64,000 bases of DNA from Patescibacteria group bacterium (GTDB lineage: Bacteria; Patescibacteriota; Patescibacteriia; Patescibacteriales; BM507), in the NCBI GenBank assembly GCA_027858235.1, contig JAQIDC010000036.1, positions 10,664-74,663 on the forward strand. The letters run 5' to 3'. Each line of letters starts with the position of its first letter. Within the stretch, counting starts at the first letter, position 1. Below are positions 40,407 to 50,262 of this stretch, piece by piece. The notes below the pieces were generated by a model. That model saw nothing but the letters and a program-made list of their open reading frames with translations. It was not told the origin of the DNA and ran no database searches. The translations under genes and the position numbers were made by a program.

Positions 40407-41603
40407 TTATTTTTTGATTCTAAAAAAATCTTCTTGCCAATCGTTCATTTCTTCTTTTTTCTTTCTAAGTGCTTCCACCCATTCTGTATTAGCAAGATAC
40501 CAATCAACTGTTTCCTTAAGGCCAGCTTCGAATTTATCAAAAGTATATTCTGGTCTCCAGCCAAGAGCAAATATTTTACTAGCATCAATCGCATATCTTC
40601 TGTCATGACCTGGTCTATCTGCTACATATTCTATACTATCTTCATCTTTTCCAAGAACCTTTAACATCATCCTTGTGACGTCCATATTGTTTCTTTCGTT
40701 ATCGGAGCCGATATTATAAACCTCTCCTGGCTCACCTTTGTGCAAAAGTAAATCTAGGGCAGTGGCATGATCACGAACATGAATCCAGTCTCGAACATTT
40801 AGGCCATCGCCATAAACAGGAACTTTTTCGCCGGCAATAAGCTTAAATATAAAAAATGGTATTAGTTTTTCTGGAAACTGATAAGGACCATAATTATTCG
40901 AACAATGAGTTACTACTACAGGAGTGCCGTGAGTTTTGAAATAAGCATTACACATTAAGTCACCACCAGCCTTTGCAGCCGCATAAGGCATATTTGGCAT
41001 GATTGGAGTGTCTTCAGTAAACATGTCTTCGGAATCAAGCTCAAGCGCTCCATATACTTCATCGGTGGATACATTTACAAATTTTTCAATTTTATTTATT
41101 TTAACTGCGTCCAATATCATCTGAACACCAAGAGAATTTGTCATCACAAAATCTTTGCTTCCTCCATGAATAGACCTGTCGACGTGAGTTTCAGCTGCAA
41201 AATTAATAACATGAGTTATATTATGGTCGACAATAGTTTTATTTAAAAAATCCAGGTCAACAATATCGCCCTGAACAAATGTATAATTTGGGTTATTCTC
41301 AATATCTCGAAGGTTTTCTAAGTTGCCGGCATAAGTTAACTTATCGTAGTTAACTATTCTATAGTTTGGATGAGCCTCTAGCATATGGCGAACAAAATTC
41401 GAACCAATAAAGCCGGCTCCACCACAAACCAAGATATTTTTAATTCCACCTTTTATTTCTAGTGATTCTTCAAATAGAAGAGAAAAGTTCTTATCATCTA
41501 AGCCAAGAAGTTTTTGAGCTTCTGCTTTTGTTAAAGATTTTCTGTCCATTAACCCCCTTATAATATTTATTTTGCTGTTCAATTCTTGCATGGCAAACAT
41601 CAT
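40407..41603 (-). CDS. rfbB: dTDP-glucose 4,6-dehydratase
   Basis: GGAGFIGSNF, DKLTYAGN, STDEVYG, YAAAK, DRPGHDRRYA. Confidence 0.95.
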   Translation of the reverse strand: MMFAMQELNSKINIIRGLMDRKSLTKAEAQKLLGLDDKNFSLLFEESLEIKGGIKNILVCGGAGFIGSNFVRHMLEAHPNYRIVNYDKLTYAGNLENLRDIENNPNYTFVQGDIVDLDFLNKTIVDHNITHVINFAAETHVDRSIHGGSKDFVMTNSLGVQMILDAVKINKIEKFVNVSTDEVYGALELDSEDMFTEDTPIMPNMPYAAAKAGGDLMCNAYFKTHGTPVVVTHCSNNYGPYQFPEKLIPFFIFKLIAGEKVPVYGDGLNVRDWIHVRDHATALDLLLHKGEPGEVYNIGSDNERNNMDVTRMMLKVLGKDEDSIEYVADRPGHDRRYAIDASKIFALGWRPEYTFDKFEAGLKETVDWYLANTEWVEALRKKKEEMNDWQEDFFRIKK

Positions 41604-41697
41604 GTTTTTGTTAATTGTTAGTAAAAAAATATTAAACTAAACATGCCCTTCTGTCAATCTAGACAAAAATACAATAAAATAGTTTAATATTCTATTT

Positions 41698-42105
41698 TTA
41701 TAAAAACTTTTTAATTTTTTCTAGTACTTCTTGAGCCTCCCCCTCTTTATACTCTTTTGAAGGCCACAAACCAAGACCATCACCTTTGACTCTTGGGATA
41801 AGATGAAAATGAATATGTGGAACATCTTGACCCGCGACTGGGTCATTATTTTCAACTAAATTATATCCTTCGCAAGCCATGCCTTTTTTCAGAGCCAATC
41901 CCATTTGTTTAACTACTTTTATCACATCAGACAATAAATCTTCTGGGATTTCTTCAAGATTTGAAAAATGTTTTTTTGGAATAACCAAAATATGGCCGGA
42001 ATGAATAGGCGCAATATCTAAAAAAGCTAAAACATTCTCATCTTCATATACTTTGTTGCTTGGTAAAGATCCCTCTACAATTTTACAAAAAATACAATTA
42101 CTCAT
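41698..42105 (-). CDS. HIT-family hydrolase
   Basis: CIFCKI, GHILVIPK, HIHFH. Confidence 0.95.
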   Translation of the reverse strand: MSNCIFCKIVEGSLPSNKVYEDENVLAFLDIAPIHSGHILVIPKKHFSNLEEIPEDLLSDVIKVVKQMGLALKKGMACEGYNLVENNDPVAGQDVPHIHFHLIPRVKGDGLGLWPSKEYKEGEAQEVLEKIKKFL

Positions 42106-42109
42106 AATC

Positions 42110-42520
42110 CTAACTTATTTCTCTTGAAATTTTTGTCGCCACAAATTCTGCCTCTCCTTCTTCATAGGCACTTTGTGCCCATCTCTCAAATCCATCCCCT
42201 TCTTTTCTTGGAACAACATGAAAATGAATGTGAGGAACATGTTGATTGGCAGCACTTTTATTATCAAGAAAAACGCTATAACCCTCGACACCAAGGCCTT
42301 CTATCATAGCCTTACCAAGAAGCTTAATTGTTCTAGTCATTTCAGCTAACTGGGTATCGCTAATCGATTCCATGTCTGAGATATGTTCTTTAGGAATAAC
42401 AATAGTATGTCCTGAACTCATTGGAAGAACATCCAGAAAGGCAAGTACAGCATCATTCTCATAAATCTTGTGAGAGTTAATCTCTTTGTTAACGATCTTA
42501 CAAAAAATACAGTCTGTCAT
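42110..42520 (-). CDS. HIT-family hydrolase (tandem paralog)
   Basis: CIFCKI, GHTIVIPK, HIHFH. Confidence 0.95.
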   Translation of the reverse strand: MTDCIFCKIVNKEINSHKIYENDAVLAFLDVLPMSSGHTIVIPKEHISDMESISDTQLAEMTRTIKLLGKAMIEGLGVEGYSVFLDNKSAANQHVPHIHFHVVPRKEGDGFERWAQSAYEEGEAEFVATKISREIS

Positions 42521-42530
42521 ATTTTTTATA

Positions 42531-43556
42531 TTAATTACCTAAACCTTTAAACAAAGGTACTCCACTATTAGTTCCTGTTGGGACATAAATTGTTCCTTCT
42601 CTGTCTTTCAATCCATTAATATAAAGATAATAGAGATAATTCGTTGTAAGACTTTCGTTAATAATCTTTTGAGCATCTCTTTGTCCTTCTGCTTCAATTA
42701 TTTTTCTTTCCTTTTCTTTACTTTCCCTTTGAAGGATAAACTCGTATTTCTGGGCTTCTTGTTCTGCTTGAAGCTTCTCTTGGATAGCATTGGCTAAATT
42801 TGGAGGAAGAGCAACATTTCTCAATAACACGTCCTCAATTATTATACCTCTATCACCTAGGTTATTACTTAATGCTTCTTTTATTTTTGTAGCAGCCTCT
42901 TGTCTCTTTTCTGAATAAATATCCTTTGCTTCATACTGAGCGATAACGTCTCTAATGGAAGTTCTAATCGATGGACGTAGTATCTTGTCTTCAAAGTTAA
43001 GTCCAACATCTTTGTAAATGTCTGAAGCTCTCTCTTCTTCAATTCGATAAAGAACAGTCATATCAAGATCGACACTAAGTCCTTCCTTTGTTAATGAAGT
43101 AATAGCGTCTGCCCCAGAAATTTTTCCTTCGTTTTTTGTGACACTCATTGTGTATTCTTCAGTCCTAATTGACATTGGAGTGATTTTTGCAAAAGGGTTA
43201 ATAACATGAAGCCCTGATTTAACTTCATTGTCTTTTACTTTTCCAAATAAAGAATAAACTCCTGTTTCTCCTGCCCCAACTATCCTAATAGCATTGACTA
43301 GAAAGATAACGATTGCGAGTGATATTAAGACGGTGACAAAAATTCTCTTTGTCCCCTTTATTGCCCCAGTTATGGGGTCAACATTAATTGTTTGACTCAT
43401 AGTTTTATTAAAATTATTTTTAAATTTATATTTGAATAAAAAAGCTAGACCAACAAGAACTGTGATTAATAACAAAAATTTATTAGCCAAAATAGATGGC
43501 AAAATAAATATAGCTAAAAAAAGTAAAATTGGGATTAAATTTTTATTTTTTTCCAT
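42531..43556 (-). CDS. SPFH/prohibitin-family membrane protein
   Basis: GLHVINPF, IIIEDVLLRNVALP, AIQEKLQAEQEA. Confidence 0.9.
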   Translation of the reverse strand: MEKNKNLIPILLFLAIFILPSILANKFLLLITVLVGLAFLFKYKFKNNFNKTMSQTINVDPITGAIKGTKRIFVTVLISLAIVIFLVNAIRIVGAGETGVYSLFGKVKDNEVKSGLHVINPFAKITPMSIRTEEYTMSVTKNEGKISGADAITSLTKEGLSVDLDMTVLYRIEEERASDIYKDVGLNFEDKILRPSIRTSIRDVIAQYEAKDIYSEKRQEAATKIKEALSNNLGDRGIIIEDVLLRNVALPPNLANAIQEKLQAEQEAQKYEFILQRESKEKERKIIEAEGQRDAQKIINESLTTNYLYYLYINGLKDREGTIYVPTGTNSGVPLFKGLGN

Positions 43557-43559
43557 ATA

Positions 43560-43751
43560 TTATTGTTTATTTCTTGATACTATGACTATAGCAAGGAAAA
43601 CCCATATTATCAATAAATAGTTAAGATTAAAGTAAGCAAGGACTATTCTTGGTTTTATAAGTTCCATAACGAAGAAAATAAAAATTGCCCCATTTAACAC
43701 ATAAAATAATTCCCTAGAATACAAATCTATTTTATTAATATTTTTTTTCAT
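43560..43751 (-). CDS. Small membrane protein
   Basis: Two hydrophobic segments, tightly packed between co-oriented genes. Confidence 0.65.
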   Translation of the reverse strand: MKKNINKIDLYSRELFYVLNGAIFIFFVMELIKPRIVLAYFNLNYLLIIWVFLAIVIVSRNKQ

Positions 43752-45197
43752 TTATTTAAAAATTGTTTTTATTTTTCCAAGCAAGTCAGTTCCTCGCAAG
43801 TCTACTTTTATTTCATCAATTTCGATCGAATCATTAATTTTATCATCTACCCTAAGGCCTGGAATTGAAATTAAAAAACTGTATTTAGAATTCTCTCTAT
43901 AAGCACCAGCTAAATCAATTTTTATTTCTTTTGTAAAATAATCTCCAGATTTTTCTGGTTTCTCGTAATCGGCCAAAATATAATTAATTTCAGTATTTCT
44001 TAAATCAAAGCTAGAATCTATTTTTTTAATATTTGGATTTAACAAAGAATCGAAGTTGAAAGAGAAAACTCCGTTCCCAGCTAAAATGATGTCACCTTTC
44101 TCAAAAATAAGTTCAGTTGTGCTTGCTTCAAGCTCTTGTGAAAATTGTCTGAAAGTTTCTCCAAGAATAAAAGTGCTAGTAGCGAATTGAATTTCTTGCA
44201 CACTGCTGGGGTTTGAAGTTTGAGCATAAATTATATTGCTATCAGTAAATACCGAGAAATCAGAAATATTTTCGTCTGAAATCCAAATCTTATTTAGAAA
44301 AGACAATTTATTTTGTTTGGTCTCAATACTTTTGGTGACGATATCATCCCCCACCCTTAATTCAATCTTATAAACACCCTTTGGCATGTTAACCAAATCG
44401 AAACGCAAATTTCTTAAGCCTGAATTTTCTCCACTGTCATCCTTAACACCATCATCATCAAGATGACCAGAATCAATTAATTGATCTTCGAAATATAGAT
44501 TAATATTAATTTCGTCATCGTCCTTGTTTTTATTTACATCAATAAAACTAAAATCAAAATACAAATCTTCATTATCAATATATGCAAGTATTTGATATGG
44601 GCCTCTCAGGTCAGTCTCAAATACTTTAATACCAGAGCTAGAAGCGTAGTTCTCTAAAACGTAGTCGATATCCAGGTCATAATCATAAATTGCTATTTCT
44701 CTGGTGGCTGGAGGATTTGCTAGAAATGAATCGACAGAATCATAAGTTGAGCTAGCATTATTTGGATTTACAAAAAGAGAAACACCCCCACCCTCAAAAA
44801 CGGCCCACTCATCGTATATATAATTCAGAAAATGATTATCAAGTGGTTCTAACTTATATCTCCATACGGTTTTATCGACTAAGACTCCCGCTTCAATTAT
44901 CGGATTATCTAGAGGATTGTTGTTTTTGTATTTAATGCTCAAAACAGCCTCGTTGAATTTTCTAGGAGTCTCGAGAGAAAAATAAACAGGATCACCTATT
45001 ATTTTCTGAGCTCCTCCAAGTGGAAATTCAACTCTATCCCTAGGGCTTAATTTAGAAATAAATGAGCTATCTTTTTCTAAATCATAAACATAAGAGATAT
45101 GACCGCTTGGCACAATTGCCATATACACAAAAAACAAAACAGCAATAACTAAAATATGCCAAAGAATTATTCTTAATTTTATAATACTCATCTTCAT
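43752..45197 (-). CDS. Hypothetical membrane-anchored extracellular protein
   Basis: 481-aa ORF with N-terminal TM. Confidence 0.75.
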   Translation of the reverse strand: MKMSIIKLRIILWHILVIAVLFFVYMAIVPSGHISYVYDLEKDSSFISKLSPRDRVEFPLGGAQKIIGDPVYFSLETPRKFNEAVLSIKYKNNNPLDNPIIEAGVLVDKTVWRYKLEPLDNHFLNYIYDEWAVFEGGGVSLFVNPNNASSTYDSVDSFLANPPATREIAIYDYDLDIDYVLENYASSSGIKVFETDLRGPYQILAYIDNEDLYFDFSFIDVNKNKDDDEININLYFEDQLIDSGHLDDDGVKDDSGENSGLRNLRFDLVNMPKGVYKIELRVGDDIVTKSIETKQNKLSFLNKIWISDENISDFSVFTDSNIIYAQTSNPSSVQEIQFATSTFILGETFRQFSQELEASTTELIFEKGDIILAGNGVFSFNFDSLLNPNIKKIDSSFDLRNTEINYILADYEKPEKSGDYFTKEIKIDLAGAYRENSKYSFLISIPGLRVDDKINDSIEIDEIKVDLRGTDLLGKIKTIFK

Positions 45198-45285
45198 ATC
45201 TAAATTATAAGCTATATGGTTAAAAAAAACAAAAAAAGACCTATCAATATAAATCTTTTTAAAAAAAGAAATAATTCAACTTAGA

Positions 45286-47838
45286 CTACACTGGAGATTT
45301 TTTCTTGTTTTTATCTATTATTTTATAGGTGTATACTTTTAAGAAATCGTTAAACAGCCACCAAGCTGTCGCATACAGCCACATTATCCCTGCATATTTC
45401 CAGCCAATCGGAATCATAAATACCCCGTAGACGGCTATAAGGGTTCCAATGATTCTAGAACTAAAGGCTGGCAGGAAAAACTTTAAAGAAGGGTATGGTC
45501 TATGCCAAAAATGATTTCGACCAGTTCGTGTTAAATAAAGAGTGGAATGACCAGCTACGTCTAATTTAATAAAAAGTAAAGATTGAATTAAAAGTATGGA
45601 ATAACCTTGCAAATTAAGCCAATAAAACAAAATAAATGAAGAAACTACGCCAGCTAGACCGAGTACTGTAGCGACCGTCAAGACTTCCTTCATATCCCAT
45701 CTTACGGGCTTGTTGTTTCCTGGAGCATTATCATAGGCTATCATCATAACAGGAATATCATTTAAAAGAGCTAGAACAATTATCATTGTTGCCGTTATCG
45801 GATAAGAATCAAAGAATATAATAGACAGGGCCATAAACAAAATAATACGCATTGTCTCGGCAATTCGAAAAATAGCATAACCCTTCATTCTTTCAAAAGT
45901 TTGACTAGCAATACGGATTGCATGATTAATAACAGAGAGCCCTGGAGAGAGTAAAATCAAATCAGCAGCCGCGCGTGCTGCATCTGTTGCGCCTGAAACC
46001 GCTATCCCAATATCAGCCTTTGAAAGCGCTGGAGCATCATTTACTCCATCTCCCGTCATTGCAACAATATGACCAGCTTTTTGTAGTTGCTCAATTATAA
46101 AATATTTATCTTCGGGCATTACCTGAGAAAAACCATTGGAATTTTCAATAAACCTAACAATATCATCCTTATGTTTTTTAATGAATCCATCTGGTAGTCC
46201 ATTCGACCCCAACTCTTCTTTCACTTTTTCAGATATTTTTTCTCCAAAATCTTTTGCTTCCTCTTTCGAGGCAGTTAATTTTAATTTTTTATACAAGCCT
46301 TGGGCAATTATACTACTTAGAGTTGCAAATTCGTCAGAGACACCATCAGTTTTCAATTTTGAAATGTCTACAATATTCAATCCAATATCAAGAAGATCAG
46401 CAATTTGAGTTGCGATGGCATGATTATCACCAGTAAGCATTTTTACATCTACCCCACCTTCCCTTACTTTTTTAATGACAAGAGAAGATTCCTTGCGGGG
46501 AGGGTCAAATAATGGGATTAAACCAACAAGCTTAAAACCGCCTCTTTTTTTATCTTTTATAGCTACTGCCAAGGTTCTATATCCTTCCTTTGCTAAATTA
46601 TAAACATCCTCCATGGCTTTCTCTCTAACTGCCTCATTATCACACATTGAAATAATAACCTGAGGGGCCCCTTTACTCACAAGAAGATTTTTATTTTTTC
46701 CACTAAAACTAACTTCTGTTCTTTTCGTTATTGGATCAAATGGAATAAACTCTTCCTCAACAAATGAATAAATATCATTATCAAAATGATGTTTATTTAA
46801 ATATTCAAATATTGGTGTTTCAATTGGATCTTTATTTTCCCTGCTACTCGCAAGGGCAGCATAAATAAACAAATCTTTTTCCTTAAATTTTGAATATATA
46901 ATTGGCTGACCAACGCTCATCCTGTTTTGAGTCAGTGTCCCCGTCTTATCAATACAAAGTACATCTATTCCGGCCAATTCTTCAATGGCAGAGAGATCGC
47001 TTACAATAGCCTTAAATTTTGAGATAGAGACTGCACCAACAGCCATTGTAACCGAAAGAACAGCTGGCAAGGCAACAGGAATTGAAGCAACTGCCAAGAC
47101 TAGGACAAACTGTAAAACTTCAAAAAAATTATCATGTCTAAAGAAAGCAACAACAATTATTAGAACAGCCAACATTGCAGAGAACAATATTAAGAAATCA
47201 CCAATGCGAATAATTGCTTTTTGAAAATGACTTTGTTGACTAGCCTGAGCTTTCTCAATTAACGTGGTGTTTTTACCAAAATATGTTTTCTCTCCAATAC
47301 TAAGAACCTCTGCGAGCATTTCTCCTATTTTAACAACGGAGTTTGAATAAATTTTATCTCCAATGATCTTGTTAATAGGGAGTGATTCTCCTGTCAGAGT
47401 AGATTGGTCAATTTGTAAATATTTCCCTTGAATTAACTTTGCGTCTGCTGGAACAATATCTCCGATCTTTAACTTGATAATATCACCAGGAACCAAAAAA
47501 CGAGCATCAATCTCCTTGAACTCACCATCACGTAAAACTATTGCTTTTTTAGCAAGCTTTTCCCTCAATATTTCAAGAGCATCTAGCGCCTTTGATTCTT
47601 GTTTATAGTCAATAAAAACATTAACAAAAAGTAGAATTGAAATAATAATAAAATCATCCCATCTTCCCAAAATCATAGATAGCACAGCAGCTATTTCTAT
47701 CATCCAAGGGATAGGACTCCACATTCTTTTTAATAAGCGCTTAAAAGCAGAGTGTCTTTTTATTGGAAGCTCATTAAATCCAAAAGTTTTTTGCAAATCA
47801 GCTACTTGAATTTCGGATAAACCACTAATATTTTCCAT
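45286..47838 (-). CDS. Plasma-membrane-type proton-efflux P-type ATPase (P3A-like)
   Basis: PIPWMIE, TGES, IPVALPAVLSVTMAVGA, DKTGTLT, MTGDGVNDAPAL, ALLND. Confidence 0.9.
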   Translation of the reverse strand: MENISGLSEIQVADLQKTFGFNELPIKRHSAFKRLLKRMWSPIPWMIEIAAVLSMILGRWDDFIIISILLFVNVFIDYKQESKALDALEILREKLAKKAIVLRDGEFKEIDARFLVPGDIIKLKIGDIVPADAKLIQGKYLQIDQSTLTGESLPINKIIGDKIYSNSVVKIGEMLAEVLSIGEKTYFGKNTTLIEKAQASQQSHFQKAIIRIGDFLILFSAMLAVLIIVVAFFRHDNFFEVLQFVLVLAVASIPVALPAVLSVTMAVGAVSISKFKAIVSDLSAIEELAGIDVLCIDKTGTLTQNRMSVGQPIIYSKFKEKDLFIYAALASSRENKDPIETPIFEYLNKHHFDNDIYSFVEEEFIPFDPITKRTEVSFSGKNKNLLVSKGAPQVIISMCDNEAVREKAMEDVYNLAKEGYRTLAVAIKDKKRGGFKLVGLIPLFDPPRKESSLVIKKVREGGVDVKMLTGDNHAIATQIADLLDIGLNIVDISKLKTDGVSDEFATLSSIIAQGLYKKLKLTASKEEAKDFGEKISEKVKEELGSNGLPDGFIKKHKDDIVRFIENSNGFSQVMPEDKYFIIEQLQKAGHIVAMTGDGVNDAPALSKADIGIAVSGATDAARAAADLILLSPGLSVINHAIRIASQTFERMKGYAIFRIAETMRIILFMALSIIFFDSYPITATMIIVLALLNDIPVMMIAYDNAPGNNKPVRWDMKEVLTVATVLGLAGVVSSFILFYWLNLQGYSILLIQSLLFIKLDVAGHSTLYLTRTGRNHFWHRPYPSLKFFLPAFSSRIIGTLIAVYGVFMIPIGWKYAGIMWLYATAWWLFNDFLKVYTYKIIDKNKKKSPV

Positions 47839-47876
47839 GTAAAATTATAATAGAATAAATCTAAGTATTGTTAAAT

Positions 47877-48077
47877 TTAGAATCCTCCCAAGGCTGAAGA
47901 ATAAGTTGAAATAAAACCAGGGAGAATGAAAATTAGACCAAGCAAAGGAAGAAAAAACATTACTAATGAAATAATTAAAGTCCACATAAAATACTTTCTT
48001 GTTTTCTCAGATGATTTGTAAATATTTTTCAATATCTCATCTTGTGCATCAAGTCTGTTTTTGATATCTTCTTCCAT
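47877..48077 (-). CDS. Small single-TM hypothetical protein
   Basis: IYKSSEKTRKYF followed by TM. Confidence 0.7.
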   Translation of the reverse strand: MEEDIKNRLDAQDEILKNIYKSSEKTRKYFMWTLIISLVMFFLPLLGLIFILPGFISTYSSALGGF

Positions 48078-48138
48078 AAATTTGAGTTAATAATTATATA
48101 TTTAGTATACCACCAAGTCTGTTTAATTAAAATTCTTT

Positions 48139-48175
48139 ATTTAAAAAGACACTTTGGAAAAGTGTCTTTTTAAAT
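48139..48175. terminator. Terminator after HU
   Basis: atttaaaaagacacttt/aaagtgtctttttaaat. Confidence 0.8.
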
Positions 48176-48190
48176 ATACTAAAATTCAAT

Positions 48191-48472
48191 TTATAGCACT
48201 GCGTCTTTAGCTGCTTTAGCTAATCTAAATTTTACAACAGTCTTAGCTTTAATCTGAATTTTTTCACCAGTTGCTGGGTTAACTCCCATTCTAGCAGCTC
48301 TCTTAGCTTTTACCATTTTACCAAAACCAGGAATAACGAATTCGCCTTCTTTTTTTACTTCAGAGTAAGCTAAGCTTGCTAGCTCATCCATCAATAATAC
48401 AACGTCTTTTTTCGGCAACTCAGTCTTCTCAGATAAAGTTGTCATTAGTTGTGATTTTGTCATTTTTGCCAT
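48191..48472 (-). CDS. hup: HU-family DNA-binding protein
   Basis: PGFG, RAARMGVNPATGEKIQI; start moved to ATG 48472. Confidence 0.93.
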   Translation of the reverse strand: MAKMTKSQLMTTLSEKTELPKKDVVLLMDELASLAYSEVKKEGEFVIPGFGKMVKAKRAARMGVNPATGEKIQIKAKTVVKFRLAKAAKDAVL

Positions 48473-48567
48473 AATTTTAAAATTATTTATTATGCATGGG
48501 GATTTACTTATCCACAAGTATTTTTATTATACATTATTTTTTTTTAAAAGCCAACAATAATCGTGTT

Positions 48568-49029
48568 TTATTCATTGCATTTATAAATACCTCGATTAAA
48601 ACACTTCATAAAGTACAGGGCTAGTATCTGCAAGATTACTGAAAACCAAATAATTAGATGACCATAACTAGAGAGAAAACCTACTAAAAAGCTAGGAAAA
48701 ATGGTGCTAACGACCCCCATCCCAACTGTTGCAGTACACATACCAGCATTAATGCCACATACCTGAAAAGCTGAAAAACCAAGGACGGACAGTATTAAAC
48801 TAAAAACTGATGTTTTATAGGTTCTTGCCAAAATTATCTTCTCTTTTATATTTCTAACTATGCAAGAAACAGAAAATGAAAAACTAAACATGAAAATAAT
48901 CGCAATATATTTATGAACTCCGCCAAAAACACCTTCGGGTAAAAGAAAATAAGAAAGGAGAAAAGCAAGCACAAAAACAATCTTACAGTATATGCTGGAC
49001 ATTACCTTTTGAAGATAGATATTTTTCAT
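48568..49029 (-). CDS. Cys-containing multi-TM protein
   Basis: About four TMs, CGINAGMC motif. Confidence 0.7.
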   Translation of the reverse strand: MKNIYLQKVMSSIYCKIVFVLAFLLSYFLLPEGVFGGVHKYIAIIFMFSFSFSVSCIVRNIKEKIILARTYKTSVFSLILSVLGFSAFQVCGINAGMCTATVGMGVVSTIFPSFLVGFLSSYGHLIIWFSVILQILALYFMKCFNRGIYKCNE

Positions 49030-49041
49030 TTTTTTGTAAAC

Positions 49042-49070
49042 AAAAACCCCTTGTTTTAAGAAGGGGTTTT
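49042..49070. terminator. Hairpin after trxA
   Basis: aaaacccctt...aaggggtttt. Confidence 0.7.
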
Positions 49071-49076
49071 AATGTG

Positions 49077-49400
49077 TTATTTGTGTTTTTTCAATGTTTC
49101 AACCAAACCGTCTTTTGGCTGAACGCCTACAAACTGTTCAACTATTTTACCATCCTTAAAGACTAGTAGGGTTGGAATGCTCATTATTCCAAACTTTGAA
49201 GCTGTTTGCATAGCCTCTTCTGTATTTAGCTTACCAACTACAGCTTCTTCTCCCATTTCTTTAGCAACTTCCTCGACAATTGGACCTTGCATCTTACAAG
49301 GAGCACACCAATCTGCATAAAAATCAACTAAAACTGGTTTACTTTTAGATGCTTCAATTACGTCAGTATCGAAATTAGCATCATTGAAATGTTTTTCCAT
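49077..49400 (-). CDS. trxA: Thioredoxin
   Basis: VDFYADWCAPCK, SIPTL. Confidence 0.95.
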   Translation of the reverse strand: MEKHFNDANFDTDVIEASKSKPVLVDFYADWCAPCKMQGPIVEEVAKEMGEEAVVGKLNTEEAMQTASKFGIMSIPTLLVFKDGKIVEQFVGVQPKDGLVETLKKHK

Positions 49401-49430
49401 ATTTTTATTTATTTAATTATTAATTATTTA

Positions 49431-49619
49431 TTATTGTTTAATTACTTTTATTACTTGTGCTGGACAAACTTCGCTTGCGTCGCTATTGCATCCTACTTCC
49501 TCTATCTCAGCTTTGACTGGATCAACCTTGCCATCATCAGCGAATTGCCAATTATCACACATTGTGCAAGCCCCACAACCGAGGCATTCATCTCTATTGA
49601 ATTCAATTTTATAACTCAT
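49431..49619 (-). CDS. Single-cluster ferredoxin
   Basis: CLGCGAC...VCPAQVI. Confidence 0.88.
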   Translation of the reverse strand: MSYKIEFNRDECLGCGACTMCDNWQFADDGKVDPVKAEIEEVGCNSDASEVCPAQVIKVIKQ

Positions 49620-49625
49620 AATATA

Positions 49626-49868
49626 TTATTTCTTAGTTATTTCTTTTATCAATTTCTGCATCATTTCTTTACTCTCTTTTTTACCAGGATCTTTTAAGCA
49701 TGTGTTCATATTTTCTTCAATATATTTATCCATAATAGAAGAAATAGCAGATTTAACTGCTTTCATCTGATTGATAACCAAATAGCAGTTTTTCTTTTCT
49801 TCAATCATCTTTTTTACTCCGTTGGCCTGCCCTATAATGTTGTTTATAAGTTGTTCAGTCGTTTTCAT
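49626..49868 (-). CDS. CsoR/RcnR-family repressor, CstR-like residues
   Basis: IIGQANGVKKMIEE, C28, N53, C57. Confidence 0.88.
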   Translation of the reverse strand: MKTTEQLINNIIGQANGVKKMIEEKKNCYLVINQMKAVKSAISSIMDKYIEENMNTCLKDPGKKESKEMMQKLIKEITKK

Positions 49869-49886
49869 ATTTTTAATTATAGTTTC

Positions 49887-49916
49887 AATATATCACACAC
49901 CCCCCAGGGGTGTCAA
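49887..49916 (-). promoter_or_regulatory. Promoter with CsoR-family G/C-tract operator
   Basis: TTGACA-N18-TATATT on minus strand; ACACCCC-N3-GGGGTGT at 49897-49913. Confidence 0.8.
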
Positions 49917-49928
49917 GAAATAACAATC

Positions 49929-50210
49929 CTATGAAAACCTTTTTAACAATTCTTGTCTAATAATAGCTAAATCTTCATCACTTAGTTCATTGTCTAGGGA
50001 CTCAAACTTATCACAAATTTTTATTATTTCTTCATCTAGCATCACTCCCCCTTCTGGCATAGACTTCATGTCAAAAACAGCTTCCATAACTATATCAGTT
50101 TCCTCATCAGAAAATCCTGCTTGGAATAAAACATTAATAAGGTCCCCGATATCATCGTCTGGGACAACCACATTCTCAAGCTCAATTTTTTCTGTATTGT
50201 TGTCTTCCAT
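49929..50210 (-). CDS. Hypothetical acidic protein
   Basis: 93-aa ORF. Confidence 0.6.
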   Translation of the reverse strand: MEDNNTEKIELENVVVPDDDIGDLINVLFQAGFSDEETDIVMEAVFDMKSMPEGGVMLDEEIIKICDKFESLDNELSDEDLAIIRQELLKRFS

Positions 50211-50262
50211 TTTTTTAATTTAATATAAAAATATACTAACATTTTTTGGGACATCCATCAAT

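Noticed and set aside
48508..48516. Perfect DnaA box TTATCCACA upstream of HU
   Set aside because: Single copy with no dnaA or box cluster; not evidence for oriC
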